The notes below the pieces were generated by a model that saw only the letters and a program-made list of their open reading frames with translations, had not been told where the DNA came from and did no database searches. Below, in pieces: positions 9,159 to 19,074 of a stretch of DNA of 64,000 nucleotides. The translations under genes and the position numbers were made by a program. The DNA lies in IMG/VR virus record IMGVR_UViG_3300049255_000219; one strand, 5' to 3'. This DNA is from an uncultured virus (IMG/VR IMGVR_UViG_3300049255_000219) (Duplodnaviria > Heunggongvirae > Uroviricota > Caudoviricetes). Numbering within the stretch: the first letter of the stretch is position 1; every line of letters begins with the position of its first letter.

Positions 9159-10835
9159 ATGATGCTCAGACCACGACAACACATCTTTGTCGAGCGCTCG
9201 GTGGCTGCGCTCGACGCCCACGGCAACACGCTGGGCGTGGCGCCGACCGGCGCCGGCAAGACCGTCATGCTGTCGGCCACCACCGGCCGCATGCTGGCCG
9301 ACCCCGGCGCCAAAGCCTGCATTCTGGCGCACCGCGACGAACTGGTTTCGCAAAACCGTGCCAAGTTCGAACGCATCAACACCGGAGTCAGCACCTCGGT
9401 GTTCGACGCCAAAACCAAATCGTGGGATGGCCGCGCCATCTTCGCGATGGTGCAGACCCTATCGCGCGACAACCATCTCGACACGATGCCGGTGCTTGAC
9501 CTGCTGGTGATCGATGAAGCGCATCACGCGGCCTCGGCCAGCTATCGTCGCGTGATTGACCGCGTGCTGCAGAAGAATGCAAAAGCCAAGGTCTTCGGAG
9601 TCACCGCGACTCCGATGCGTGGCGATGGCAAGGGATTGCGTGAGGTATTCACCAACGTCGCTGACCAGATCCGTCTCGGCGAACTGATCTCGTCCGGGCA
9701 CCTGGTGCCGCCGCGCACCTTCGTGGTCGACGTCGGTACCGCCGACGCGCTGTCGCAGGTCAAGCGAACGGCTTCCGACTTCGACATGAGCGAGGTCGAA
9801 GCGATCATGAACAAGACGCCGGTCACAGACGCGGTGATCCGCCACTGGCGCGAAAAGGCTTCCGGCCGCAAGACCATCGTCTTTAGTTCGACGGTCGCGC
9901 ACGCCGACAGCGTATGCCAGGCGTTCAATGACTCCGGCATCGCGGCGGTGCTGGTGCATGGCGACCTGTCGGAAGCCGAGCGCAAAACGCGCCTCGCCGC
10001 TTTCGAGTCCGGCGCCGCCCAGATCGTCGTCAACGTCGCGGTGCTGACGGAAGGCTACGATTACACACCGACTTCCTGCATCGTGCTGCTGCGTCCGAGT
10101 TCGCACAAGTCGACCCTGATGCAGATGATAGGACGTGGCTTGCGGACCGTCGATCCGGCCGAATTTCCCGGCGTCTTCAAGAGTGATTGCATTGTGCTGG
10201 ATTTCGGCACCGCGACGCTGATGCACGGCCAGCTTGAGCAGGAGGCGAACCTCGACGGCCGCGACACTTCGTCCGGTGATGCGCCGGTCAAGGAATGTCC
10301 TGGTTGCGAGGCCGACGTGCCGGCCGCGTGCCGCGAGTGCCCATTGTGCGGCTTTGTCTGGGAGCGCTGCGACGACGGGGCCGAGGCGTTGACCGATTTC
10401 ATCATGACCGAGGTCGACCTGCTCGCACGTTCCAATTTCCGCTGGTGCGACCTGTTCGGCGACGACTGCGCGCTGGTGGCCACAGGTTTTCTCGCCTGGG
10501 GCGGCGTGTTTTATCTGAGTGGGCGCTGGCATGCGCTGGGTGGCGGCAAGTCCCTTCCGACGCGCCTGCTCGGCATCGGTGAGCGTTCGGTCTGCCTGGC
10601 GCAAGCCGACGACTGGCTGAACGACCATGAAAGCGCAGACTCCGCACACAAGACCAAGCGCTGGCTCAACGAGCCGCCGACCCCGGCGCAAATGAAATAC
10701 CTGCCGCTCCAGCATCGCAACGACTACGGTCTGACACGCTACCAGGCATCGGCGATGCTGGCCTTCCACTTCAGCAAGCCGCAGATCAAGAATCTGGTGT
10801 TCGCCGCCAATGCTGCGCAACGGGAGGCGGCTTGA
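9159..10835 (+). CDS. SF2 (DEAH-type) helicase with zinc finger
   Basis: APTGAGKT, DEAHH, TAT, QMIGRGLR; CPGC...CPLC. Confidence 0.95.
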   Translation: MMLRPRQHIFVERSVAALDAHGNTLGVAPTGAGKTVMLSATTGRMLADPGAKACILAHRDELVSQNRAKFERINTGVSTSVFDAKTKSWDGRAIFAMVQTLSRDNHLDTMPVLDLLVIDEAHHAASASYRRVIDRVLQKNAKAKVFGVTATPMRGDGKGLREVFTNVADQIRLGELISSGHLVPPRTFVVDVGTADALSQVKRTASDFDMSEVEAIMNKTPVTDAVIRHWREKASGRKTIVFSSTVAHADSVCQAFNDSGIAAVLVHGDLSEAERKTRLAAFESGAAQIVVNVAVLTEGYDYTPTSCIVLLRPSSHKSTLMQMIGRGLRTVDPAEFPGVFKSDCIVLDFGTATLMHGQLEQEANLDGRDTSSGDAPVKECPGCEADVPAACRECPLCGFVWERCDDGAEALTDFIMTEVDLLARSNFRWCDLFGDDCALVATGFLAWGGVFYLSGRWHALGGGKSLPTRLLGIGERSVCLAQADDWLNDHESADSAHKTKRWLNEPPTPAQMKYLPLQHRNDYGLTRYQASAMLAFHFSKPQIKNLVFAANAAQREAA

Positions 10836-11290
10836 GATGCGCAATCTGTTATCGGCAAGCAAAGGGTTTCGGCTGGCAGGCGCCGCACAACCGCATTCAT
10901 CTGCAGATCGACATGGCACCCGCGCTTCGGCAGCGTTTCACTTTCTGCTCAATGCGCTGCCAGGCCGCATTTTCGCGCATCGTCACCAGAACGGAGGGTC
11001 GCATGATTGATCCGTCTGAATTGGAAATGGCAGCACTGCAAAGCTGCCTGGCACCGCTAGGTGACTACGTCGGCGCGCTCGGCATGGACCGGCCGCTAGC
11101 CGACTACAGCAAGCGCGAAGTGCAAGGTCTCATCGAAACCATCATCAGCGCCTATCAGGAATACATGATCGACGCGCATGAGCAGATGGCGAAGCGTGAT
11201 CTCGCTTTCCTGGAAGAGAGGCTGGCGACTTCGCATCATGAATTGCAACATGGGTCGCGACCGGTGCGTGGGCCGGGAGTGCCGTTTTGA
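10832..11290 (+). CDS. Zinc-binding phage protein (DUF6511-like)
   Basis: CAIC...FCSMRC, coupled within the operon. Confidence 0.7.
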   Translation: MRCAICYRQAKGFGWQAPHNRIHLQIDMAPALRQRFTFCSMRCQAAFSRIVTRTEGRMIDPSELEMAALQSCLAPLGDYVGALGMDRPLADYSKREVQGLIETIISAYQEYMIDAHEQMAKRDLAFLEERLATSHHELQHGSRPVRGPGVPF

Positions 11291-12048
11291 TGCTGGACTA
11301 TAACTCCCAACCAAAATTTCACGAGCGCGTCTCCGCCGTACTGGACGCTGCGCTGCAGGCCGAGCGCGATTTGCAGACGGCGCGCGCCTACCTCGGCGCA
11401 TCGCGCCTGGGCGTCGCCTGCGCGCGGGCATTGCAATACGAGTTTGTGCAGGCGCCGGTCGATCCGGATCGTGAACTCCCCGGGCGCACGCTGCGCATTT
11501 TCGAGGTTGGCCATACGCTGGAGGATCTCGCGATCCGCTGGCTGCGGCTGGCCGGATTTGAAATCTACACCCGCAGGCAAGGTGGCGACCAGTTCGGATT
11601 CTCCGTTGCCCGTGGACGGGTGCGCGGCCACGTCGACGGCATCCTCGCAGCCGGCCCAGTGGCGCTCGGCATGCTCTACCCGGCGCTCTGGGAATGCAAG
11701 ACGATGAACGACAAGAACTGGCGCGATTGCGTGAAGCGCGGCGTGGCCCTGTCAAAACCCGTCTATGCGACCCAGATCGCGATTTACCAGGCGTACATGG
11801 AACCGGCAGTGCCGGGCATCTCGGCGCACCCGGCGCTGTTCACTGCAATCAACAAGGATACGCAGGAACTGTATTTCGAGCTGGTGCCGTTTGACGCTGC
11901 GCTGGCGCAACGTGGATCCGACCGTGCGGTGCAGATCCTGCAAGCCACCGATGCCGGCGAACTGCTGCCGCGCATCGCGCATGACTCATCCCACTACGAA
12001 TGCCGCTGGTGCAACTGGCACGGACGCTGCTGGAGCAAACAGGCATGA
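11287..12048 (+). CDS. PD-(D/E)XK (Cas4-like) exonuclease
   Basis: YLGASRLG, GHVDG, WECK, QIAIY, C-terminal CRWC...C. Confidence 0.88.
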   Translation: MMLDYNSQPKFHERVSAVLDAALQAERDLQTARAYLGASRLGVACARALQYEFVQAPVDPDRELPGRTLRIFEVGHTLEDLAIRWLRLAGFEIYTRRQGGDQFGFSVARGRVRGHVDGILAAGPVALGMLYPALWECKTMNDKNWRDCVKRGVALSKPVYATQIAIYQAYMEPAVPGISAHPALFTAINKDTQELYFELVPFDAALAQRGSDRAVQILQATDAGELLPRIAHDSSHYECRWCNWHGRCWSKQA

Positions 12049-14261
12049 CCGATCGCGTCGACTGGTTCGATTTCAACGATGCTGGCGGCCAGCTCAAACC
12101 GCGCATGCAGCGGGAGGACACGGCTGCATTGCGGCATGGGCTGCTGGCAGGCATCGATGCGGTTTTGCATTATCTGTTGCCGCAGGGTCGGGTGCGCGGC
12201 GGAAAATTCTATGTCGGCGACACTGACGGCAATCCCGGCAAGAGTCTCGTGGTGGAACTGGTCGGCGAGCATACCGGGCTGTGGAAGGATTTTGCCTCTG
12301 GCGAGGGCGGCGACCTGTTCGACCTGTGGGCAAGAATCCGGGGCTATTCGATCGAGAGGGATTTTCCTGCTGTCGCGACCGAGATTGGTCAGTGGCTGGG
12401 TATGCGTCCGACCGCGCCGATACTCCGGACCGATACCCGCAGTCCGGCCATCGATGAGCTCGGCCCCTACACGGCGAAGTGGAACTACACCACGGCCAAC
12501 GGCGAGCTGATCGCCTGCGTCTATCGCTACGACCCGCCGACCGGCAAGGAATTCAGGCCATGGGATGTCCGTGCCCGCGCCTGGCGCACGCCCGATCCGC
12601 GCCCGCTCTACAACCTGCCGGCGGTCGTCAAGTCGACAACCGTCGTGCTGGCCGAAGGCGAAAAGTGTGCGCAGGCATTGATCGGATCAGGCATCTGCGC
12701 GACGACGGCGATGAATGGGGCCAAGGCGCCGGTCGACAAAACCGACTGGTCGCCGCTGCGCAACAAGCATGTGCTGATCTGGCCGGACAAGGATGGCCCA
12801 GGCTGGGATTATGCCGAAGCTGCGGCCCAGGCCATCGTGGCTGCCGGCGCGCTGTCGGTCTCGATCCTGCTGCCGCCCGACGCCATGCCGGAAAAGTGGG
12901 ATGCGGCGGATGCGATCGCCGACGGATTCGATTGCCATGCATTCATCGCAACGGGTGAGCGCGCAACGATCAAGGCCGCGCCTGCCTCGCTGCCAGTGTT
13001 TTCGCTCGGCGCGATGCTGGACGATCTCAGCCCGATTCCTGACGACATCATCCACCCGCGCGTGCTCACGCCGGGCGGCATGCTGGTGTTCGGCGGTGCT
13101 CCCAAGGTCGGCAAGAGCGATTTCCTATTGTCCTGGCTGGCCCACATGGCGGCCGGTGCACCGTTTCTTGGCATGCGGCCGCCGCGTCCGCTGCGCGTGT
13201 TTTACCTGCAGGCAGAGGTGCAATACCACTATCTGCGCGAGCGGATGCGCGACATCAGGCTGCCGGCATCGCGCATGCTGGAGGCCCGCCGCAATCTGAT
13301 GGTCACGTCGCAGTTGCGCATGGTGCTCGACGACCATGGCCTGCAGCAGATCATACCGGCGATCGCTAACGCCTTCGGCGGTGGGAAGCCGGACATCATC
13401 GTGATTGATCCGATCCGCAACGTGTTCGACGGCGGCGGTGAAGGCGGCGAGAACGACAACGCCGCGATGCTGTACTTCCTGTCGCAGCGCGTCGAGCGCT
13501 TGCGCGACGCCGTCAATCCCGAAGCGGGGATCATCCTCGCCCACCACACCAAAAAACTATCGAAGAAACAGTTTGAGGAAGATCCGTTCCAGGCGCTCGC
13601 TGGTGCCGGTAGCCTGCGCGGGTATTACACCACGGGGATGCTGCTGTTCCGCCCCGACGAAAGCCGGACAACGCGCCAGCTGATTTTCGAGCTGCGCAAT
13701 GGCCCGGGTATTCCGACCAAGCATGTCGACAAGGTTACCGGCGCGTGGTGCGAGCAGGATCCGAACGTCGAACGCCTGGTGAAGCAGGACTATGGCGACA
13801 AGCTCGATGCAGAACGCCGGCGCAAGCACGACGTGATCCTGCAGATGCTGTTCGACGAAGCGCAGAAGGGGCGTGCCTACACGGTCGTCCAGTTCGCGGA
13901 AAGCTTCGAGAATCAGGCAGGCCTGGGTGGCCGCTCAACGGTTGCCGAGCGCATCGGCGTGCTCGCCACCAAGGGCTATGTGAAGTTTTTCCAGAATCCG
14001 CGCGATTACGGGCTGACGGCGCCGACGCGCAGCAAGTTCGGCTACCTGTGCGTGGAAGGCATGTCGCTGTTGCGGCCAACAGGGCCGCCCGACCCCGACA
14101 CAGGCGAGATTCACGAGGCCCAGGTGCCTGTCTTGCCTACCCATTACAAATGCCGCCAGAGCGGCGCAGTACTGCCGGTTGAAAACCCCAGCGTCTGGAT
14201 ATACCAGGACGAACACAACGATGAAGAAAAGGAGCATGAAAACGATGACACCTATGCATGA
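12045..14261 (+). CDS. Primase-helicase (Toprim + RecA-like AAA_25)
   Basis: AEGEKCA and WPDKD Toprim motifs; GAPKVGKS Walker A; IIVIDP; HHTKK. Start at ATGA 12045. Confidence 0.92.
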   Translation: MTDRVDWFDFNDAGGQLKPRMQREDTAALRHGLLAGIDAVLHYLLPQGRVRGGKFYVGDTDGNPGKSLVVELVGEHTGLWKDFASGEGGDLFDLWARIRGYSIERDFPAVATEIGQWLGMRPTAPILRTDTRSPAIDELGPYTAKWNYTTANGELIACVYRYDPPTGKEFRPWDVRARAWRTPDPRPLYNLPAVVKSTTVVLAEGEKCAQALIGSGICATTAMNGAKAPVDKTDWSPLRNKHVLIWPDKDGPGWDYAEAAAQAIVAAGALSVSILLPPDAMPEKWDAADAIADGFDCHAFIATGERATIKAAPASLPVFSLGAMLDDLSPIPDDIIHPRVLTPGGMLVFGGAPKVGKSDFLLSWLAHMAAGAPFLGMRPPRPLRVFYLQAEVQYHYLRERMRDIRLPASRMLEARRNLMVTSQLRMVLDDHGLQQIIPAIANAFGGGKPDIIVIDPIRNVFDGGGEGGENDNAAMLYFLSQRVERLRDAVNPEAGIILAHHTKKLSKKQFEEDPFQALAGAGSLRGYYTTGMLLFRPDESRTTRQLIFELRNGPGIPTKHVDKVTGAWCEQDPNVERLVKQDYGDKLDAERRRKHDVILQMLFDEAQKGRAYTVVQFAESFENQAGLGGRSTVAERIGVLATKGYVKFFQNPRDYGLTAPTRSKFGYLCVEGMSLLRPTGPPDPDTGEIHEAQVPVLPTHYKCRQSGAVLPVENPSVWIYQDEHNDEEKEHENDDTYA

Positions 14262-14269
14262 TTTCACCG

Positions 14270-14513
14270 AAATCCAGAATCCAGCCTTTCTAGAATCCGT
14301 GGATTCTGGATTCTGTCCAGACAGCCAAACCCAATCAAATCAGGCACTTGGCTCAGATTCCAGAATCCGGCGGATTCTGGGCTGGATTCTGTGGATTCTG
14401 GAAAAGGCCAGACTCCATGCGGGTTTGCAGCCTGTTCCAGAATCCAGTAGTTCACCTCTCCCTAAAGGGAGAGAGAGTGAGACCCCGCTAGCGCGGGGCT
14501 CACACTCTCTCTC
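14270..14513. repeat. Putative replication origin: iteron-like GAATCC/GGATTC repeats plus palindromes
   Basis: About 9 GAATCC/GGATTC copies in both orientations, then CTCTCCCT-aa-AGGGAGAG and GAGAGAGTGAG...CTCACACTCTCTC, directly after the primase-helicase gene. Confidence 0.65.
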
Positions 14514-14552
14514 GGTTCGTAGGCGTTTGGCATGCCGGATGGAGGTTGCAGC

Positions 14553-14849
14553 ATGACACCCATCAAGTTTGCCATGCCACCGGAAATCGGTACCGCATTT
14601 TTGGTCAACGGTCAGCCCTATCGGTTGGACGAAGTTCGCTCCCATCGCCGCCAGGACGGTTTTATGACAACGCTGCTGAACTGGCGCAGTCATTGCCCCG
14701 ACTGTGGAGCGTCTTTCATCTTTACGACCGGCCATACGATCACGCACGTCAATCGCCGTTGCGAACTGCACAGGAAAGGCGGCAAGCGGGTGCGTGGTCA
14801 ACGCATCCTGATCGCAGCGCAGCCGTCAAAAGGGAAACGTCATGACTAA
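14553..14849 (+). CDS. Hypothetical zinc-ribbon protein
   Basis: GGAGG RBS; CPDCG...RRCELH; overlaps the next gene. Confidence 0.7.
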   Translation: MTPIKFAMPPEIGTAFLVNGQPYRLDEVRSHRRQDGFMTTLLNWRSHCPDCGASFIFTTGHTITHVNRRCELHRKGGKRVRGQRILIAAQPSKGKRHD

Positions 14850-15315
14850 ACTCACTATCCTCGCACTTGATCTGGGCACGACCACCGGATGGGCTGTCCG
14901 CACACGCGACAACGGCATCACCAGTGGCACGCAATCGTTCAAACCCCAACGCTTCGAAGGTGGCGGCATGCGCTTCCTGCGGTTCAAGCGCTGGCTCACC
15001 GAAGTCAAGCAATCGGTTGACGGCATCAACGTCGTGTATTTCGAAGAGGTACGCAATCACGCGGGCGTCGACGCTGCCCATGCCTATGGTGGCTTCATGG
15101 CGCATCTCACCGCCTGGTGCGAACACCACAACATCCCGTATCAGGGCATACCGGTAGGCACGATCAAGAAGCACGCGACCGGCAAGGGCAATGCGGGCAA
15201 GGACGACATGATCGCGACCATGCAACGGAAAGGCTACACACCGGCCGACGACAACGAAGCCGATGCGCTGGCGCTGCTGCACTGGGCCATCGATACACAG
15301 GAGGAACTCACATGA
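14842..15315 (+). CDS. RuvC-like Holliday junction resolvase
   Basis: ILALDLGTTTGWA, YFEEV, IKKHATGKGNAGK, DNEADALA. Confidence 0.88.
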   Translation: MTKLTILALDLGTTTGWAVRTRDNGITSGTQSFKPQRFEGGGMRFLRFKRWLTEVKQSVDGINVVYFEEVRNHAGVDAAHAYGGFMAHLTAWCEHHNIPYQGIPVGTIKKHATGKGNAGKDDMIATMQRKGYTPADDNEADALALLHWAIDTQEELT

Positions 15316-15527
15316 AAATCCCCAAACAATCCTACCGCTGTCCGCTGGATCGGCAACTTGCGCAGTCCACCGATCTGGACGCGATCAAGCAAAGCGGCTG
15401 GCGTGATCAGCGCATTCTGGTGGTGTCGGAGACCGACGAGCGCCTCGATTTCGTCGAACGGGAATTCGTGCGCCGTCTGGGCCAGCGGCTGTATGGCTTG
15501 GCTGGCAACGGAGGGCAGCATGACTGA
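15312..15527 (+). CDS. Hypothetical protein
   Basis: MKIPKQSYRCPL...GWRDQRILVV; GAGGA RBS, ATGA coupling. Confidence 0.7.
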   Translation: MKIPKQSYRCPLDRQLAQSTDLDAIKQSGWRDQRILVVSETDERLDFVEREFVRRLGQRLYGLAGNGGQHD

Positions 15528-15918
15528 CTGGACCATCGAAGCAGTGGCCGAACGGCTTACCGACGCCGACCAGATTGCCCGCCGCCTGCCACCCGTCCGC
15601 GTGCAGGGTTACTACAACGTCTGGCCGCTATTTGTGCGCACCGAATACGAACGCATGGCAGGCGACGATCCCCCACCCCGGCGATTCCCGCCGGATCCGA
15701 AAGCCGTCGACCGCATGCTGGAGACGATGAACTGGATGCAGTGGCTCGAGCAGGAGCAGCGGCATCTGGTGTGGATGCGAGCCCAGCGCTATCCATGGTC
15801 AGACATCGCCAAACGCAATGCCTGTTCGGTCAGCACCGCACAACGCCGCTGGCAATCCGCCCTGTCGGTGCTCTGCAAGCGGCTCAATCAGCCAAGAGAG
15901 ATTGCTGGAAGTGGATGA
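15520..15918 (+). CDS. Sigma-70 region-4-like late regulator (DUF6362-like)
   Basis: RHLVWMRAQRYPWSDIAKRNACSVSTAQRRWQSAL HTH; last early gene before the late region. Confidence 0.78.
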   Translation: MTDWTIEAVAERLTDADQIARRLPPVRVQGYYNVWPLFVRTEYERMAGDDPPPRRFPPDPKAVDRMLETMNWMQWLEQEQRHLVWMRAQRYPWSDIAKRNACSVSTAQRRWQSALSVLCKRLNQPREIAGSG

Positions 15919-16079
15919 TCTCTGCGCGTCAATGCTGGCGCATGAGGGCAATTGCGGAAAGTGGGATCAACATGGCGTGACGCGTTTCAGGAAAATTGGT
16001 CTATTATTTCGGCTATGGTTGCGAAAGCTGTATCTCAACAGAATCTCTGCTGAATCTCACACCAAACCACATTCAACAG

Positions 16080-16116
16080 CCCGCGACGAGCATTGCTTCT
16101 CGCGGGTTTTTTATTT
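16080..16116 (+). terminator. Intrinsic terminator in the late leader
   Basis: CCCGCGA...TCGCGGG followed by TTTTTTATTT. Confidence 0.7.
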
Positions 16117-16126
16117 CCCGGACCCC

Positions 16127-17398
16127 ATGCCTGAATTGCGTTCGTCCATTGCCGACATCCAGATTGTGCTGCGGCCGGTCGATGCCCTGATCCCGTATGC
16201 CAAAAATGCCAAGCAACACTCCGACGCACAGGTAGCGCAAATTGCCGCCAGCATCGTCGAATTCGGCTGGGGTGCGCCGATACTGATCGATGGCGAAGAC
16301 AATGTCATTGCCGGCCACGGTCGTCTACTCGCCGCACGCAAGCTCGGCATGAGCGAAGTGCCTGTGGTGCCGATGACGCATCTGACCGAAATCCAGCGCA
16401 AGGCCCTGATCCTGGCTGACAACAAGATCGGCGAGAACGCCACCTGGGATAACGAACTGCTTGGTCTTGAACTGGCCGAATTGCAGGACGGAGGATTCGA
16501 CCTGGGATTGACCGGCTTTTCGTCTGACGAATGGGATGCACTGATCAACGGCGGCGAGCCAGAAAACGCAGGAATGACCGACGAGAACGACGTGCCGGGC
16601 GTTGCCGAAACCCCGGTGTCTGTTTCCGGCGATGTGTGGATCCTCGGCAATCACCGCCTGCTGTGCGGAGACGCGACCGCGCCCGAGAGCTACGATGCCC
16701 TGCTGGGCGAATCGCATGTCGACATGATCTGGCAAGACCCTCCCTACAATGTCGACTATGCCAACAGCGCCAAGGACAAGCTGCGCGGCAAAAACCGCGC
16801 CATCATGAACGACAATCTGGGCGACGCTTTTGGCGGCTTCCTGCTTGCGGCGCTGGCGCCTGCCGTGACACGCTGCGACGGCGCAATCTACATCGCAATG
16901 AGTTCCTCCGAACTCGACGCGTTGCAAACGGCCTTCCGCGCCGCAGGCGGCAAGTGGTCCACCTTCATCATCTGGGCCAAGAACACATTCACGCTCGGCC
17001 GCTCCGATTACCAACGGCAATACGAGCCGATTCTGTATGGCTGGCGCGATGGCGCGAAGCACCACTGGTGCGGCGACCGCGACCAGAGCGACGTCTGGAA
17101 CGTCAAGAAGCCGCAGAAAAACGACCTGCATCCGACCATGAAGCCGGTCGAACTGGTCGAGCGTGCCATCCGCAATTCAAGCCGCCCCGGCAACACCGTG
17201 CTGGACTGCTTCGGCGGATCCGGCAGCACCCTGATCGCCGCCGAAAAAACCGGGCGTCATGCGCGCCTGATGGAACTCGATCCGAAATACGTGGACGTGA
17301 TCGTCAAGCGTTGGCAGGAATGGAGCGGCAAGAAAGCAACCCGTCAGTCCGACGGGTTGGAATTCGATATGGTTGCCGGTATCGTCGCTTCAGCCTAG
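16127..17398 (+). CDS. ParB-N domain fused to N4/N6 DNA methyltransferase
   Basis: LIPYAKNAKQHS, IAGHGRL, ADNK; then DPPY, HPTMKPV, DCFGGSGST (beta-class order). Start at ATG 16127. Confidence 0.93.
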   Translation: MPELRSSIADIQIVLRPVDALIPYAKNAKQHSDAQVAQIAASIVEFGWGAPILIDGEDNVIAGHGRLLAARKLGMSEVPVVPMTHLTEIQRKALILADNKIGENATWDNELLGLELAELQDGGFDLGLTGFSSDEWDALINGGEPENAGMTDENDVPGVAETPVSVSGDVWILGNHRLLCGDATAPESYDALLGESHVDMIWQDPPYNVDYANSAKDKLRGKNRAIMNDNLGDAFGGFLLAALAPAVTRCDGAIYIAMSSSELDALQTAFRAAGGKWSTFIIWAKNTFTLGRSDYQRQYEPILYGWRDGAKHHWCGDRDQSDVWNVKKPQKNDLHPTMKPVELVERAIRNSSRPGNTVLDCFGGSGSTLIAAEKTGRHARLMELDPKYVDVIVKRWQEWSGKKATRQSDGLEFDMVAGIVASA

Positions 17399-17740
17399 AC
17401 GTGCGACGTAACGGGCGTAGTCGCTGCCTGACGGATCCACGAGCAGGATGGGCCGGCCCGGCGCGCTGATTTCGACACACAGCCTGCCGTCCTCGGCATA
17501 ACCGCCTTTGCCGCTCAACCATTCGCGCGACAATAATAATTGCGCGGCAAATGCATCGAATTCAATCGCGCTCATCTCCCGCGTTTCGGTGACGAAGACG
17601 CGGTAGCTTCCCGATCCGCCGACCTCGCTGAGATCGGCAGGCTTGCGGGAGAATGGCAGGCGCAGGCCGAGCTCCTCGACCTGGATGGTGTTGCCGCAGA
17701 CGGTCAGCGTGCGAGGTGTGCGTTCAATAGTGATGGTCAT
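17390..17740 (-). CDS. Hypothetical protein
   Basis: AAGGA RBS and repeated upstream motif; ends VDPSGSDYARYV. Confidence 0.75.
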   Translation of the reverse strand: MTITIERTPRTLTVCGNTIQVEELGLRLPFSRKPADLSEVGGSGSYRVFVTETREMSAIEFDAFAAQLLLSREWLSGKGGYAEDGRLCVEISAPGRPILLVDPSGSDYARYVARLG

Positions 17741-17756
17741 TTTTCAGTTTCCTTGA

Positions 17757-17815
17757 TGGTTGCGTCGCTCATCGCGACAACCACATGAACGCTTCGTTCA
17801 CAGGAAACATCAAGC
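17757..17815 (-). promoter_or_regulatory. Conserved promoter-like repeat, copy 1
   Basis: 39/43 nt identical to 18961-19003; lies directly upstream of a minus-strand gene. Confidence 0.65.
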
Positions 17816-17846
17816 GATGATTGATGGATGTCGCGCATGTTCGCCA

Positions 17847-18125
17847 CTATTTCGGCAACGCGTCGATGGCCGCATGCATGGCATCGATCGCCGATTCGTA
17901 AAACCGCAGCTTGATCAGCTGGCGCGGTGCGATGAAGGTGTAACGTTGCTGTTCGTCGTCGGCCAACCGCAACACGGTGAGGCCGTAGTCGAACCACTGA
18001 CCGGCAAACAGCGCGGTCGGGATGTTGATTTGCCACATCAGCCGAAATCGCCCATCCGCTCCCTCGCAGAAGCGAACGGTCTCGAAGCGGTTGAGCGCGA
18101 TTCCCGCAAATAAGTCGTCCGCCAT
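17847..18125 (-). CDS. Hypothetical protein
   Basis: Starts 2 nt after the DUF3489 stop; GGAG RBS. Confidence 0.6.
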   Translation of the reverse strand: MADDLFAGIALNRFETVRFCEGADGRFRLMWQINIPTALFAGQWFDYGLTVLRLADDEQQRYTFIAPRQLIKLRFYESAIDAMHAAIDALPK

Positions 18126-18127
18126 GC

Positions 18128-18637
18128 TTATGCTCCTGTGCTGATCGTGTAGACGCGATCGGCGCCGGGCTCCTTGGTGGAGGTGATGTCGAGCTTGAGT
18201 TTCTTTTTGAACGCACCGGCGAATGTGCCGCGCACCGTGTGCGCCTGCCAGCCAGTGACCTCAACGATCTGCGCGATCGTCGCGCCTTCCGGACGTTTCA
18301 GCATGGCGATCACTTGCGTCTGTTTGCTCTTGTCTCGAGGCTGGCCATCGCCTTGCCACGTTGCCTCGACCGCCGTGACTGCGGCGTCCAGCGCGGGATC
18401 GGTTGGTGTTGCCGCTTGTGGGCGACTGCAACCGACCGCTGCGTAGCCCGCGTCTGTGATCACAATGTCCTTGCGCTTTTTCTTGGCGAGGTCGCGACTC
18501 AGTAAGCCGTCGATCACCTTCTGGCGCGCACCGCCTTTCAGTTGCGGTGGCAGAGGTTCGATGTTGCCGTCGGGACGTTCTGCTGCTTGCAGCAATACGG
18601 TGCGTTGGGTATCGGTGAGTTTGATCGTGGTAGTCAT
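18128..18637 (-). CDS. DUF3489-like DNA-binding protein
   Basis: KQTQVIAMLKRPEGATIAQIVEVTGWQAHTVRG...RVYTI. Confidence 0.9.
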   Translation of the reverse strand: MTTTIKLTDTQRTVLLQAAERPDGNIEPLPPQLKGGARQKVIDGLLSRDLAKKKRKDIVITDAGYAAVGCSRPQAATPTDPALDAAVTAVEATWQGDGQPRDKSKQTQVIAMLKRPEGATIAQIVEVTGWQAHTVRGTFAGAFKKKLKLDITSTKEPGADRVYTISTGA

Positions 18638-18692
18638 GGTTCTGTTTCCTTAAGGTTGGATGATCCCCGCCGGTTGGCGGGGGTGAATTGCT

Positions 18693-18938
18693 TTACTTGG
18701 TTGCGGCCACTTCGTTGGCCAGCGCCGGGAGGTCGATCTGACCGGACGCAATCGCTTGCAGGATGTCATCGTCGAAACACCCGATCACGCGGCAGGCGCG
18801 GCGTTCCAGTTCTTGCTGCGCGATTCGCTGCCAGTCCTTGAAGGCGGCGAGTTGCTGCAATGCGTTGTTGCCGGTTGATCCGAATCCACGCAGGTAGTCC
18901 TTGGCGTGTTGGGCGATCTCGTTGCTGTCTCTGGTCAT
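18693..18938 (-). CDS. Hypothetical protein
   Basis: GAGGAG RBS before ATG 18938; ends LQAIASGQIDLPALA. Confidence 0.7.
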   Translation of the reverse strand: MTRDSNEIAQHAKDYLRGFGSTGNNALQQLAAFKDWQRIAQQELERRACRVIGCFDDDILQAIASGQIDLPALANEVAATK

Positions 18939-18960
18939 GCTGTTTCTCCTCGGCTTGGTC

Positions 18961-19019
18961 TGGTTGCGTCGCCAATCGCGACAACGACATGAACGCTTCA
19001 TTCCGATCAAAAGCCAAGT
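18961..19019 (-). promoter_or_regulatory. Conserved promoter-like repeat, copy 2
   Basis: tggttgcgtcgc..atcgcgacaac.acatgaacgcttc.ttc, with caag at the same spacing as in copy 1. Confidence 0.65.
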
Positions 19020-19074
19020 ACGTAATCGATGATTTTTGTAAAAAGTTGCGACTAGATCGCGGTAAAATCAACAC

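Noticed and set aside
11287..12048. Cas4-like nuclease as a sign of CRISPR-Cas
   Set aside because: No repeat-spacer array or other cas gene seen; it sits in a phage replication operon.
14179..14556. 125-aa ORF spanning the putative origin
   Set aside because: Translation is dictated by the repeats; no independent coding evidence.
16028..16041. CTGT...ACAG near the late promoter as a LexA box
   Set aside because: Spacer is 6 nt, not 8.
15818..16126. N-terminal extension of the ParB-MTase in the ORF track (likewise for primase, capsid, K, J)
   Set aside because: The extensions overlap upstream genes or terminators; downstream starts with RBS or ATGA coupling are more plausible.
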